From: Mantamonas sphyraenae STR306 | Lineage: Eukaryota; Protista; CRuMs | Reading direction: 5' to 3' | Assembly: GCA_026936335.1 (NCBI GenBank) | Contig: JAPMXV010000012.1 | Span: forward strand, 186,001-250,000 | DNA: 64,000 nt | Shown here: positions 21,198-33,586 of the stretch, piece after piece | Layout: the number at the start of each line of letters is the position of its first letter | Position numbering within the stretch: the first letter of the stretch is position 1 | The notes under the pieces: generated by a model | What the model was told of the DNA's origin: nothing | The model's database searches: none | The model's input: only the letters and a program-made list of their open reading frames with translations | Made by a program: the position numbers and the translations under genes

Positions 21198-22521
21198 ATG
21201 TGGGTTTTGCTTGTTGGCAACTTCGGGGGGGGGGGGGGGGACGTACAGGAGAGACCCATTGTTCGTGTCGTTGGGTGCATGGAAAGTGTGCCTGGTGGTT
21301 GGGCTCACGCGAGAGGGCGTGGATTCGGGAGTGGATTCCGGCAATGGCCAACCCACACGACCAATTTTCGCCTGGCTGACACCCACCCACCCACCCACAC
21401 ACGCTCGTGCGCTTCTTCCTCGCAGGAAGCTTCTGGCGTTGACGATCTGCAGCAAGCCGCGTAGTGGCGACGTCGAACTGCTGAAGGGCGCATACCAGCT
21501 GGACGACTTTGGCTGGCTTCAGCGAGGGAGGTACGTTTGACGCGGTTTGCTCCGCGCCTGTACACGGGCGTATGCCATGCCTTTGTGCACAGCGTGCACA
21601 CACACGTGTTCACAGACCTGTAGCGTGCAAGCAACGTCCATGTGCGAGGGTGTGCACATGCTGTGTGGCCTGCTGCACGGTGCAAGGCGCTTCTGGAGTC
21701 CGGTCTCTCGGCGAATTCGCACTCTTTGACGCCGAGCAGCCTGGACCGTGGCACATATGCACGCGCAGGCCAACAATGTCGGCAACCTCGATGTCATTGT
21801 GTCCTTTTCTGTGTGCTTGTATAGTGTGCACGTGACCATGGCGCTGCGGGAGCGCACTGTGTTTGGACGCAAACTCACCCCCGGGCCCCCCTCTCCCCAC
21901 CTACCCACACCTGCCCCACCCTCCACAGCGTGAAGGAGTGGATGATTTTCATCTCCAAGACCCTCATCGACAACGGCGAGGCCGGTGTGCGTTCCAGCAC
22001 CACCGAAAAGGGTATGTGGAACTCCACCTGCCACCACCACCATTGTCGTTGTGGTACTGACCAGGCACACACTCGTACACTCGTACACACACACACACAC
22101 ACACACACGCCACACAGAATATGTCATCCACGCACACACACGCTTGGATGGGTTCGGCGTGGTGGCCATCTGCGACGACGAGTACCCTCAGCGTTCTGCG
22201 TTTACGATGCTGCAGAAGCTGGGCGATGCGTTCCTGGAGGCGTGCGGCGGCTCGGACGTGAGCGGAGGCGCAGACGTGTCCTTCCCAGAGATTGACGAGG
22301 CGCTGGAGGAATATCAGGACCCGGGAAAGGGGGATTCCTTGTACAAAGTGCAGCAGGAGATCGAGGAGACCAAGATCATTCTGCACAAGACCATTGATTC
22401 GGCCCTGCAGCGTGGCCAGAAGATTGACGACCTCGTCGACAAGAGCGACGACCTCAGCGCTCAGTCGCGCATGTTTTACAAGCAGGCCAAAAAGACAAAC
22501 TCGTGCTGTGTGCTCCAATGA
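21198..22521 (+). CDS. YKT6: Longin R-SNARE YKT6 (3 introns; start codon probably split AT|G)
   Basis: Spliced product: MKLLALTI...LLKGAYQLDDFGWLQRGSVKEWMIF...DDEYPQRSAF...KIILHKTIDSALQRGQKIDDLVDKSDDLS...KKTNSCCVLQ (CCaaX). Introns at 21200-21425, 21531-21928 and 22012-22117. Confidence 0.93.
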
Positions 22522-22603
22522 GGGCACCAGAGGCAAAAAGGGTGGCTTTGGCGAAGCTGCGCCCCGTCCCGCAACAAAATCCACAACCGACCACACACAC
22601 ATC

Positions 22604-25600
22604 ATGGACATTGATACCACATCGTCATCGTCTTCGTCGTCTTCCTCTGTCGTCGACGACAGCATGGCCAGCATGGCTGTGGAGGTGACTGAGCAGGAAT
22701 CAACCGCGGCGCCGACGTTCACGGACGGACGCCGCCTGATGATCACAAAGATGGTTATGGAGAACTTCAAGTCGTATGCAGGCATCCAAGAGGTTGGCCC
22801 GTTCCACAAGGTATGTCTCGTCTGCGCTGCATGTCCCTCTGTGCGCGTGTGGACCCCTGCTCGTTTGCGCGCCCTTTTTTCAATCTGACGTCTGCCGCAA
22901 AAATCCGCGCTGACACCAAACGTCCCCTGCGTGCCCCTGTGTCTGCCGAATGCGCCATGGCCTGCTTGTTCACACCCGCATGTAGTGCTTCTCTTCGGTG
23001 GTGGGCCCCAACGGCTCGGGCAAGTCCAACCTGATTGACGCCATGCTCTTTGTGTTTGGCAAGCGCGCCAGCCAGATCCGCCTGAAGAAGGTCAGCGAGC
23101 TCATTCACAAGAGCGAGAACCACCGCAACTTTGAGCACGCCAAGGTCGAGGTGCACTTTCAAATGATCATCGACACGGACAGTGACGACGAGGTAAGTCC
23201 CATCGCAACCGCAGAAACACTGAGGTCTGCGAGTGCGCGGTTGGCGCCAAAATCGCGCAACGGGCGGATTTGGAGTTTGCCCGGAAGTCAGGATCCGGCT
23301 GACACGCGATACCTGCGCACATGACAGGAGGCCTACGAGGTGGTGCCGGACTCTGAGTTTACGGTGTCGCGTGTGGCATACAAGAACAACTCGAGCAAGT
23401 ACTTTGTGAACGGCAAGACGTCGTCGTTTGCGGAAGTGACGAAGCTGCTGAAGAAGTGGGGAGTGGATCTGGACAACAACCGCTTCCTCATCCTGCAGGG
23501 CGAGGTGGAGCAGATTTCGCTGATGAAGCCGCTGGAGCTGCTGGCATACTTGGAAGACATCATTGGCTCGAACAAGCTGGTGGAGCAGATTGAGGCGCTG
23601 GGCACGCAGGTGGAAGAAGCAAACGAGGAGCGCGCCTCCAAGTTGCACCGCGTCAAAGTGACGGAGAAGGAGCGTGACTCGCTGGAGGGAGCCAAGCTGG
23701 AGGCAGAGCGATTCCAGGCGCAGCAGCGCGAGGTGAGCAGCAAGCGTGCGATTGTGTACCAAATCAACGCGAGCAAGAGCCAGAACAGCATCGAAGAGGC
23801 AGCCAACAAGCTGACTGAGGCCGAGGATGCGGTGAAGGAGATCCAAGCCTCGATGCAGGAGGAGGCCGAGTCGCGCAAGGAGATCGAAAGCCGCTTCAAG
23901 GTGCAGAAGGACGAGCAAGAGGCGCTGCAGAAGGAGCTGGACAAGATCGAGGCGGACTACAAAGAGTTTGAGTGCAACGACGTGCGCCTGCGCCAGGAGA
24001 TTGTGCACAGTCGCAACCAGCAGAAGAAGCTCAAGGCGAGCATCAAGAGCAAGAGCAAGTCGATTGTGGAGCATGGCAACGCCATCGACCAGGCTCAGGC
24101 GAGCATCGAGGCTCTGGAGGGCCAGCAGAACGAGGTGGAAGAGGTGCTGCGTGTGGAACAGGCGGCACTGGACGAGCTGTACCAGGAGGTCAAGGCCGAG
24201 ACGGCAGGTCTGCAGGAGCAGGTGGAGGCCAAGCAGCAGGAGCTGAAGCCCTTTGCGGCCGAGTACGCAGAGATCAAGGCGGTGGTGGACGTCATGCAGG
24301 CGGAACACGACCTGTTGGAACAAAAGGTGGAGGGACCGGCCAAGGAGCTGGCAGCCACGCAGGAGGAGGCGGCCAAGAACGAGGCGGCGCTGGAGGCGGC
24401 TCGCGAGAAGCACAGCAAGCTGAGCGAGGCACTGGCACGCGACGAGGCGGCCCTGGGCGAGGCACAGAGCGAATTGGAGCAGGTGCAGGCGCAGGAGGGC
24501 GAGGTGGCGGCAGAGGTGAAGGAGCTGTCGGCCTCGGTGGCAGACACAAAAGCGGCGCTGGCGGCGGCCAAGAGCCGCTCGGGGGTGATCAAAACGCTGA
24601 TGGCGGCGCAGAAGAAGGGCAAACTGAGCGGCATTGTGGGACGGCTGGGCGACTTGGGTGAGATCGATGCGGCGTACGACGTTGCCGTGTCGACGGCGTG
24701 CGGGGCCCTGGACCACATTGTGGTGGAGAGCACAGACGAGGCACAGGCGTGCGTGGAGTACCTGAAGAGCAAGCAGGCGGGCATGGCCTCGTTCATCATC
24801 CTGGAGAAGCTGGCGTACCTGGAGGAGCGCGTGGCACGCGAGGTCAAGGTGCCCTCGGGAGCCGACCGCCTCTTTGACCTGATTGAGCCCGAGGAGGAGA
24901 GCCTGCGTGTGGCTTTCTACTTTGGCGTGCGCGACACGCTGGTGGCCAAGGATCTGGAGACGGCGACAAAGATTTCGTTTGGCAAGAGCAAGCGCTGGCG
25001 TGTGGTGACGCAGGCGGGCGAGTTGATCGACACGAGCGGTGTGCCATGACGGGCGGAGGCAACAAGGTGCACAAGGGCGGCATGCGCGTGCACGGCAGCA
25101 GCTCGGCAGCGGCGGCGGCAGGCAGCAGCAAGAAGGGCGGTGCACGCCGTGGACGCAAGGGAGGCGACGCCATGGAAGTGGACGAGGTGAGCGAAAAGGA
25201 CGTGGCACGCATGGAGGCACGTCTTGGCGAGGCGCAGGCAGAGCTGGAGGAGATCCGGCAGCGCAAGGCGGACGTGGAGGTGAACCTGATGCAGCTGAGC
25301 ACACGGGTCAACAAGACGCTGCCCACAGAGCTGTCGATTGTGGCCATGGACATCGAGTCGCTGGAAGCGCGACAGGCGGACTTGGAGTCGCGCCTGGGCG
25401 AGCTGGAGGCACTGGTGGCGGAGCACAGCGCGGACGCAGAGGAGGAGGAGCGCATGGCGGAGCTGAAGAAGGGCCTGGCCAAGGAGGGCAAGAAGCTGGA
25501 CAAGGCGAGCAAGAAGATGGAAACGCTGCAGGCGGCGATTGCGGCGCTGCAGACGGAGATTGCCGAGTTTAGCAGCGTGAAGCTCAAGGCGCAGCAGTAC

Positions 25601-26755
25601 AAGGTGGACTCGCGACAGGCGGAGCTGGACACGTTTGGCAGCCAGATGACAAAGGCGCGCGTGACCATTGGGGCCAAGGAAAAGAAGCGCACGCAGGCGG
25701 AAGAGGCAATTGCCGCGGCTGAGGCGTCGTTGGAGGAGGAGAAGGCCAAGATGGAGGGGATCAAGAAGGAACTGGAGGAGATGGAGGAAGAGGCCATTGC
25801 GGTACACAAGCTCCACGCCGAGGCCAAGAAGCGCCTGGAAGCCAAGCAGAGCGAGCTGGAGGAGATGCGCGCAGCGTTTGGCGGGCAGGAGAAGGCGATG
25901 AATGCACTGCGTGCGCAGGAGGTGGAAGCCAACGCAGCGCTGGAGGATGCAAAGCGCATGGTGCGTGAGCAGGAGAACAAGATGAGCCACTGGAAGAACA
26001 AGCTGGCGGAGCTGGAGCAGGAGTGTGCCGGCGAAGAGGGCGACTGGTTCCAATGGTACGACGAGGAGGCGCTGGCCGAGTTTGACGCGGTGCTGCTGAA
26101 CGCCGAGATCACGGCGGCCGAGGACAGCATGGCCGAGATGAACCCCAACCTGGCAGCCATCAAGGAGTACCAGGCGAAGGAGGCAGAGTTCCAGAGGCGT
26201 TCGGGTGAGCTGGACGAGGTGACGGAGAAGCGAGACGCAGTGCGCAAGGAGTACGACGACCTGCGCAAGCAGCGCCTGACGACATTCATGGGCGGCTTCT
26301 CGACCATCACGATGAAGCTGAAGGAGATGTATCAGATGATCACACTGGGCGGCGACGCGGAGCTGGAGCTTGTGGACTCGCTGGATCCGTTCGCAGAGGG
26401 CATTGTGTTTTCGGTGCGTCCGCCCAAGAAGAGCTGGAAGAACATCAGCAACCTGAGCGGTGGCGAGAAGACGCTGTCGTCGCTGTCGCTTGTGTTTGCG
26501 CTGCACCACTTCAAGCCCACGCCGCTGTACGTGATGGACGAGATCGACGCCGCGCTGGACTTTAAGAACGTCAGCATTGTGGCCCACTACATCAAGGAGC
26601 GCACCAAGAACGCCCAGTTTGTCATCATCTCGCTGCGCAACAACATGTTTGAGCTGGCCGACCGCCTCGTGGGCATCTACAAGACGGACAACACGACCAA
26701 GAGCGTCACCATCAACCCCAACAAGATGGTGGTTCCCCTGAGCGAGGCCAACTGA
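22604..26755 (+). CDS. SMC4: Condensin subunit SMC4 (2 introns; apparent +2 frameshift at 25041-25042)
   Basis: NFKSYAG...GPFHK, VVGPNGSGKSN, NRFLILQGEVEQISLMKP, hinge GRLGDLG, SVRPPKKSWKNISNLSGGEKTLSSL and PTPLYVMDEIDAALD. Confidence 0.96.
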
Positions 26756-26803
26756 GGAGTGGATGGGATTGGGATTGGGATTGGGAACAAATGGACGAGA
26801 TTG

Positions 26804-27777
26804 TCAACCTTCTTGTCGGCGCTCGCCGGGCAGGCTCTTGCGGTCTTTGGCGGCGATGCGTTTCCTGCGTTTGGCCATGTAATTGTCCAGCTTGCCCTCC
26901 TTCTTGAGCTGCTCATACTTGGCAATGAGGTCGAGGCGGCGTTCGTCGCTCTTCTTGAGGTAGTACTTCTTCTTGCCCGTCTTGGCAGCCAGCTGGTTTT
27001 CACGCTGGGCAAACTCGCGGCGGCGTTGGTCGCGTGCAAGGAGGGCATTGTGGCGGTCGAGGTCCTGACGAAGGACCAGCACTTGTTGGCGCAGCTGCAT
27101 TCGTTGGGCTTCCTTCTTCTTGTTGCCCTTGAGCTTGCGCATGCGCTTCTCCAGCGCCTCCAGCTGCTTCTCTTTCTGTTCCCATACAAAGGCGTAGCGA
27201 CGATGCACGACGGCCTTGTCTACAGAGGCGTTTGCGTCAAGCGAGGCCTCGAACCGCGGATCCCGCACCTGGCGCTTCTTGACCTCAACCACCTGGCGCA
27301 GATTGCGTGGACGCACCTTGGCGCTGATTTCCACAGGACTGGAGAGTGTGTGAGACGGGGAGAGTGGGTGGTGATGGCAACGGGGTGAGCATGGGACGAC
27401 GGCCTGGGCCGAGGCATGCGAAAGGGGGAAATCCGTCTGCGAACGGAAACGCACGCCTTTGAGTCCTTGCGCTTCTTTTTCTTCTTTGGAGGCTGCTTGG
27501 TGGTTTGTTTGGAGGAGGAAGGGAGCTGCTGGTCGTCGTTGTCGTCGTCGTCGTCCGAGGAGTCGTTGTCGTCGGAGTCTGAGTCTGAATCAGAGTCCGA
27601 GTCATCCTCGCTTCGACCACGCTTGAGCTGTTGCACTGCCTTTTGGGAGCGCTTGCGTTGCTTTGCAGCTTTGGTTTGCTGCTTACGCGTTGTTTCCCGC
27701 CGCCTCCTGGAGGTTTCGCTGGCCGAGTCCTTCATGCGGGCCTGGAGCTCGGCAAAGGAAAGCTCGTCGTCGCTCAT
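26804..27777 (-). CDS. RRP36: rRNA biogenesis protein RRP36 (intron 27339-27454)
   Basis: APVEISAK, RDPRF and YYLKKSD...KYEQLKKEGKLDNYMAKRRKR match RRP36. Confidence 0.85.
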
Positions 27778-27832
27778 TGGAATGGTTTGCATTGGATGGC
27801 GAGAGTGTGTGCATTTCTGCTTTCATGTCTCA

Positions 27833-30307
27833 TCAAATGGAATTGCCCAGGTCCATGGCGTCGACTTGGTGGCTGTCCATGGCACTGTGCTTGCGGAGAA
27901 GGGCCTTGATGTCGCGCGGGCCGAGACGCCAGTGCGAGCCAGCTGTGTCGGCCAGGAACATCTGCACACTTTCCAGGCTCTCAAACGTAAGCAATTCGGC
28001 CATTTGGGTCAGCTTGGCAAACTTGTCGCGCACGGTGCGGCTTGTCTGGGATTCAAAGAAGACAATGAGGGTGCGCACGTCCTTCTCCAACTGCATGCCT
28101 CCCAACTGGCTGAAGCGCTTCTCCAGAATGGTCGTTTCGATGTGTGTGGCCAACGCCTGCATGAGTTCCACAAGGAGGGCGTCGAGGTTGTTTTCGGTGA
28201 GGAGGGGCCGGAAGCGGTCGAGGAGAGTGCGGAGGACGTGGACCAGGTCTTCTGCAAAGGGATCGTTGGCCTGGAAGTGTTCGTACTCGTCTTTGCTGCT
28301 GATGTTGTAGTTTGTGGAGGCGAGGGCGCGGAGAGCAGGCTGCAGGTCCTTTTCCAGGGCACGTGCAATGGCACGCAGGTTCTTGGCGAGCGCGTTGCGG
28401 GCCTCGTCGGCACTCTCCGTGAGACTCTCCAACGAACTCTGCACCATCAGGCTGTTGGACGACTTTGCAAACATGCCCAACGCAGTCTCTTTGATCTGCG
28501 ATTGAAGCATGATTGCGTTGCGTGCACAGACATCCATGTTGTTGAGCGGCACCAGTGGATTGTGCAGAGGTCCAGCCGAGGAATCGCCCGAGGGGTCACC
28601 TCCGGCACCGGCGTTGCTGTTGTTGTTGTTGCTGTTGTTGGCGGAGGAGGAGGCGGAAGAGGCAGAGGCAGCCATGGACATGACGGCAGAGACGACATTG
28701 CGTGCGCGAACGGCGGTTTGCTGGGCGGCGAGGAGGTCGCCTGTGATGAGCATGTTGACATGGTTGAGGATGGCACACACGGTGACGGCGTTGTGAGAAC
28801 GGAGGGCGCGAAGGATGCACTCGCGAATAATGAAAAACGAGAGATCGACCATGGGGGAAGCCATGCTGTCGTCGTCCGCGACGAGGGTGTCTTCGCGGAT
28901 GATTTTGCGCACACTCTGCACCATGTAGTACTCTTCCAGGGAGACGTACTGGCCCACCAGCTCCTGGATGCAACACTTGAACTCGGAGGGCTTCTTGGCC
29001 GAGGGCATCTCGCCTACCATCCCCTGCACGATCTCTGCACGCGACGGCAGCCCCAGAGGCGACTCTTCGGCCGCGTCTGCACGTTCCGCCTGCCCTGCCT
29101 CTGCACGCAGCTTCTCCTGCAGAGCTTGCATCTCCATCTGGCACTTGGCCACCACAAACTGGTCGTACTTTTCAGCGTCGTCGCTCATCATGACAATCTC
29201 TTCCAGGAGCTCGTCCAGAGTGCGAGGGTCCACCACAGCGTCGCCTGCCATCCCTCTGTCCTGGCCACTGCCGCCTCCGCCTCCGCCTCGTCGCGTGTTT
29301 GAGCCAGCTCTGCGTGCACGCTCAATCTGCTCCATGAGAGTGTCCAGACGCTGTTTGTCGCGAAATTTGTTGACTATGACGGTGGCATGCACGTTGCACT
29401 GTGCTTGCAACTGCTGGATGATGTACAACATGGCACCTGGGCCAAACTCATGGCGCACGGTGGGTTCGAACCCTTCGATGATGGAGGCAATGTGGTCCAG
29501 GAGGTCCTTGAGCACGGCGCCGTGGTTGCTACTCAGGTCTCGCTGGTTGTTCAATGCGTCCTCCTTGACCTGCGCACACAGGAACTGACTGAGCTTTTCC
29601 AAGCCGTCCCTGCAGCGACCGACCTTTGGGTAGAGTGCCGTGAGCTGGAGCACACGCTGGGCGTTGCCGGCAAAGGTGGAATCGGAAAGCTTTTTGTCCA
29701 GCATGGCGTCGAGTCGCACACGTGCGCGCTTAAGGACGGCAATGTCTGCGTCGTCGTTGGGTGTGTCTGCATGCTCGGCATTGTCCTTGTCGTCGACACT
29801 GCTTTCTTGCTGCAGCAGAGCGTCGTCAAAGGCGAGGAACTGGTGGATGTAGCGTACAGCAGCCTCCAGATCCTCCACCTGAAGGGCAGTCTGCACGCCA
29901 GAGGCACAGGACTTGAGATCGAGCATGGCTCGCACTTTGGCGGCTGTGTTTTGCACACGCGACTGGGTGGCGTCGAGTTCCCGCACCTTGTTGGAAATCT
30001 TGTCCGCCAGCTGGGAGGTCCCGCTTACAGTGACGGCAAACTCGGCGGCGTCGTCCAGCAGCGACTCGAGTTGAGGAGCAACGGCCGCGACAACCTGCAT
30101 TTGGTCTGTGAGTTGCTGTTGTTGCTCGAGGAAGGCGGCCAGACGTGCTTCGCTTGCACCTTGGGCTTTCATGGTCAGTTCCAGCTGAGCCTGGATGTCC
30201 TCGAGCGTCTGCAAGGAGCTCAGTGGCGGCAGAGTGGAGGCACTAAGCCCTTGTGGAGGTGGTTGTGGAGAAGGTGTCGGGGTGGTGGTGGAGGAGGAAG
30301 AGGACAT
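27833..30307 (-). CDS. COG4: Conserved oligomeric Golgi complex subunit 4
   Basis: ISNKVRELDATQSRV, DLKSCASGVQTAL, YVSLEEYYM, MVDLSFFI, FSQLGGMQLEKDVR and VRDKFAKLTQM. Confidence 0.93.
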   Translation of the reverse strand: MSSSSSTTTPTPSPQPPPQGLSASTLPPLSSLQTLEDIQAQLELTMKAQGASEARLAAFLEQQQQLTDQMQVVAAVAPQLESLLDDAAEFAVTVSGTSQLADKISNKVRELDATQSRVQNTAAKVRAMLDLKSCASGVQTALQVEDLEAAVRYIHQFLAFDDALLQQESSVDDKDNAEHADTPNDDADIAVLKRARVRLDAMLDKKLSDSTFAGNAQRVLQLTALYPKVGRCRDGLEKLSQFLCAQVKEDALNNQRDLSSNHGAVLKDLLDHIASIIEGFEPTVRHEFGPGAMLYIIQQLQAQCNVHATVIVNKFRDKQRLDTLMEQIERARRAGSNTRRGGGGGGSGQDRGMAGDAVVDPRTLDELLEEIVMMSDDAEKYDQFVVAKCQMEMQALQEKLRAEAGQAERADAAEESPLGLPSRAEIVQGMVGEMPSAKKPSEFKCCIQELVGQYVSLEEYYMVQSVRKIIREDTLVADDDSMASPMVDLSFFIIRECILRALRSHNAVTVCAILNHVNMLITGDLLAAQQTAVRARNVVSAVMSMAASASSASSSANNSNNNNSNAGAGGDPSGDSSAGPLHNPLVPLNNMDVCARNAIMLQSQIKETALGMFAKSSNSLMVQSSLESLTESADEARNALAKNLRAIARALEKDLQPALRALASTNYNISSKDEYEHFQANDPFAEDLVHVLRTLLDRFRPLLTENNLDALLVELMQALATHIETTILEKRFSQLGGMQLEKDVRTLIVFFESQTSRTVRDKFAKLTQMAELLTFESLESVQMFLADTAGSHWRLGPRDIKALLRKHSAMDSHQVDAMDLGNSI

Positions 30308-30355
30308 GCGGGGGAGGGTTGTGTTGTGTGGGTGTGGGCGGGAGGTTCAGTCTGT

Positions 30356-33300
30356 TCATTCCTGTTTGGGGTCGTCCTCGACGTCCTGCGCCTCCCATTC
30401 GTCGTCGTCGTCATAATTGTCATAGTCTTCATCGTCGTGTTTGGCGTTGGCGGCGGCTGCAGGGGCATCGGTGTCGGAATGGGACGGAGAGGAGGACGGG
30501 GAAGCGGGGCGTTCCACATCGAGGTGCAGCAAATCATCATCGTCATCGTCATCATCATCGTCATCATCATCATCGGCTTCGTGTGTGTCATTGTGGGCAT
30601 CTTCTTCAGTGACGTCGACGTTGTTGCTTGCCACGTCCTGCTGGTCTTCGTCGGCGCTGCTGATGGTGCTGAGCGTGTCGTTGTGGTCTCCAATCTCCTC
30701 GGCGAGGGCGGCGGCCGCAGCTTCGGCGTCCTGTGCAGCCTGTCGCTTCTTTTCGTTGATGAGCCACTCATCGAGCATGGCTTCGTCCTGGTCTTCCTCG
30801 TCGTTGAGTTTGCCCATGCGCATGGCCTTGCGCTCCTCCTCCTGTTTGAGCTGCTGCTCGTGCTTGGCCTTCTCCAGGGCGGGTGTGTCGAGGTCGTACT
30901 TGTCGCCCTTGTTGTCGTGTGTCAGCACAAGGTACTTGTTGAAGCGTTCGATGGTCCCCTTGGAGGTGTCGACGACGGATGGGTCGCCGGCAAACTCGTC
31001 GTCCAGTGTAAACTCCTGTGCGCCGCCTGTCTCCTCCAGCTTGCGGACGTAGTCTTCGCCTGGCACGCTGCGTTCGAGCCAACGCTTGGTGCGGTCTGGT
31101 TCGGGCACCCATTCGCTCTGCAGGACCACCTCACGCTGTTCGAGTGACAGCTCGGGTTCCCAGTTCATGAGCTCGCTGGCGGTGCCACGGGAGCTACGCA
31201 GGACAGCTGTGGTGCCTGCGCCCAGGATGTCGTCGGGCATGGCGAGGGTTCGGCCTCCTGCATGAGCGAGTCCAGCTCTTTGACGGAGAGGATGTCCTGG
31301 TGGCTGATGCTCCAGCGACGCGCCACCTGTGCCGAGTCCACCTTGACTGTGAGGTGGTCCTGGGCACGCCCACGTGGCGAGCGCTGGTTATGTGCATGCG
31401 GTGGTGATCCGTGCGCAGAGGGTAAGGATGAGAGCGACGACGACGATTGGCCGTGCTGCTGCTGCTGCTGCTGCTGTTGATGCTTCTGTGCCTGTCGTTG
31501 CTGACGTGCCACACGACGTGACTCACGTGCCTCCTGCCTGCGCACTTCCTCTTTGATTTGCAGCACCTGCGACAGGGCCGCGTTGCGTGCGGGCGAACGG
31601 ACGGCAGCCGACCCCGCGGCCGCGGTGGAGTTGGCACTGCCGATGCGCTTCATGCGCCGCCTGCGTCCACCGGCCCCTGCCTGTGAGGAACCCGTGGAAC
31701 TGGCCGTGGCGGTGCTTGCTGAGCTGGCTCTGCTGCTGGCACTGGTCACTTTGCGTCGCGTGGTGCTCCTGCGTGTCTGCGGCTGCTGCGGCGGTGCCTC
31801 GTACTCGTTGCCTGTGCTCGTGCTGAATGCAGACTTTGGTCGTGCGCGTGCGGTGGCACTGTTGCCTCGCGACCCCTTTCGCGAGGAAGTGTCCCCTGCG
31901 CCCGCCGCCGCCGCCGCCGACGCTGGCCGTTGTTGTGTCTTGTGTGCGCGTCGTGTGCGTGTGCTGCCGCTTTTGGCTCGCTGGGCTGTGGCAAACATGA
32001 CGCTGCGGTCTTTCGACCGTGCCTCCCGTGTGCTCGGTTTCTCGTGGTCCTGTTCCTTCTGGTGGCCGCCCCTGTCGTCCTCTTCGTCGGAGAACAGATG
32101 CTGAAGCTCGTCCTTGTCGCTGCCGTCGCTCGACGACATCTTTGCCAGCTCCCGTTCCAGCAGCGACGGTCGTTTCTTTTTCTTCTTCCGCTTCCTTTCT
32201 GCCTTGTTGCCATCGCCGCCGCTGCTGCTGCTGGGCTGTGGGGTGGGCGAGGACGACGGATCCGACACAGACGTGGCTGTCAATTCCTCCTCTTCGGTGC
32301 TGTGTGACGACGACTGGCCCTGCTGCACATTTCTGTGGTCATTGTTGCTGTTGGTGCGCTGTTTCTCCTGCGACGCAGCTGCAGCACGCTCCTTTGCCTC
32401 CGCTTCTTGTTCCTGGCGGATCAGCTCTGCACGTTGCTTCTGCCACCTGCGTTCCTCCTCCTCCCGCTCTCGCAGCTGCTGGGCCACGTTCTCCAACTCG
32501 GCTTTGGCCTCGCGCATCTTGCGAAGCACTTCCTGATCCACATTGGGAGAGTGGACCATGAACGCCAGCGCGTCCGTCATCTCCTGGATCTGTGTTGCCA
32601 CAAACTGCACACAAGGAGGGGGAACGTTGGGTCAGCACACGCGATGGAGTTGGAAGGCATGGCAAGGGGCCAGGGGCCAGTGCATCTGTTGGATCACTTA
32701 CGTCTGGGTTGAGCAGTACTTTCGGGTCGGTTTCGATCTCGTCGTCAAAGTCCAGGTCGTCCTCTTCTGCGTGCCGGCGTCCTGCAGCGGCCGATCTGCC
32801 ACGTGACTGTGTGCCCGAGTGACGTGGCTGTGACAATGTGTGTCGTGATGCACCGTGCGAGGGTGGCTGGTGTCTGTGTGTGCCTGCCGAGGCGGCGCGG
32901 CGCGAGAGCAAACGGTCTCGATTGTCTTTGGTGTGGCCCAGAGAGGTCGCAGAGCGTGCGGGTGGTTCCCGACTCCTGCGCCGGGCTTCGGTGTCCCGTG
33001 CATACGAAGCCGTCTTTGGTCGGCTGCGTCGTCTGTGGGCAGGGATGGCGGGTGTGAGCGGGTACGCGCGGGTGCGAGGCGGGCTTGGCTGCAACGGTCG
33101 GAGTTTCCGGAGGCCGTAAAGGCCAGGAGGGAGATGGCATGCGTGTTGGAAGCACGGAAACACGGGTACAAGTCAGGTGGAGAAGCAACGCACTGGAGTT
33201 TGTCGTTGTATGGGCTGTCCTTGGGTGCCGAGGGGCCTTGGGAGTGGCGTGCGCGTCGGGCCTTGGCCTTGCGCTTCTGCTTGAGACGCAACTCGTGCTC

Positions 33301-33549
33301 CTCACGGTGCAAATTGGTGGTACGTTGGGGCCGCTCCACACGCGTGTCTGAATTCCAGGCCACGCGCTGTTTGCGCTCTGCAGCTTCGAGAGCGGCCTGT
33401 CGCCGTCGCCGAGCCGCGGCGCTGGCACCTGCACTCTTTGCGCGTGGTTTGGAGTCTGCAGAGTCGCTGCTGCCACCGGCGGAGACTCTGCGACGTGGAC
33501 GTGCAGAGACGACGCGCCCTGTGTACAGGTCGACCACGCTTTCGCTCAT
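30356..33549 (-). CDS. Uncharacterised low-complexity/coiled-coil protein (introns; apparent frameshift ~31240)
   Basis: Collinear minus-strand ORFs 32698-33549, 31165-32610 and 30356-31240 with plausible splice sites. Exon structure is uncertain. Confidence 0.55.
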
Positions 33550-33586
33550 GTTTTTGGGGGCGCCGGCGCAGACAAAGCAAGGGCAG

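Noticed and set aside
21225-22110. G16 run, (CA)n tract and the many (GAG)n/(GAT)n tracts elsewhere as functional elements
   Set aside because: Ordinary intronic microsatellites or poly-Ser/Glu/Asp coding runs. No telomeric or structured pattern.
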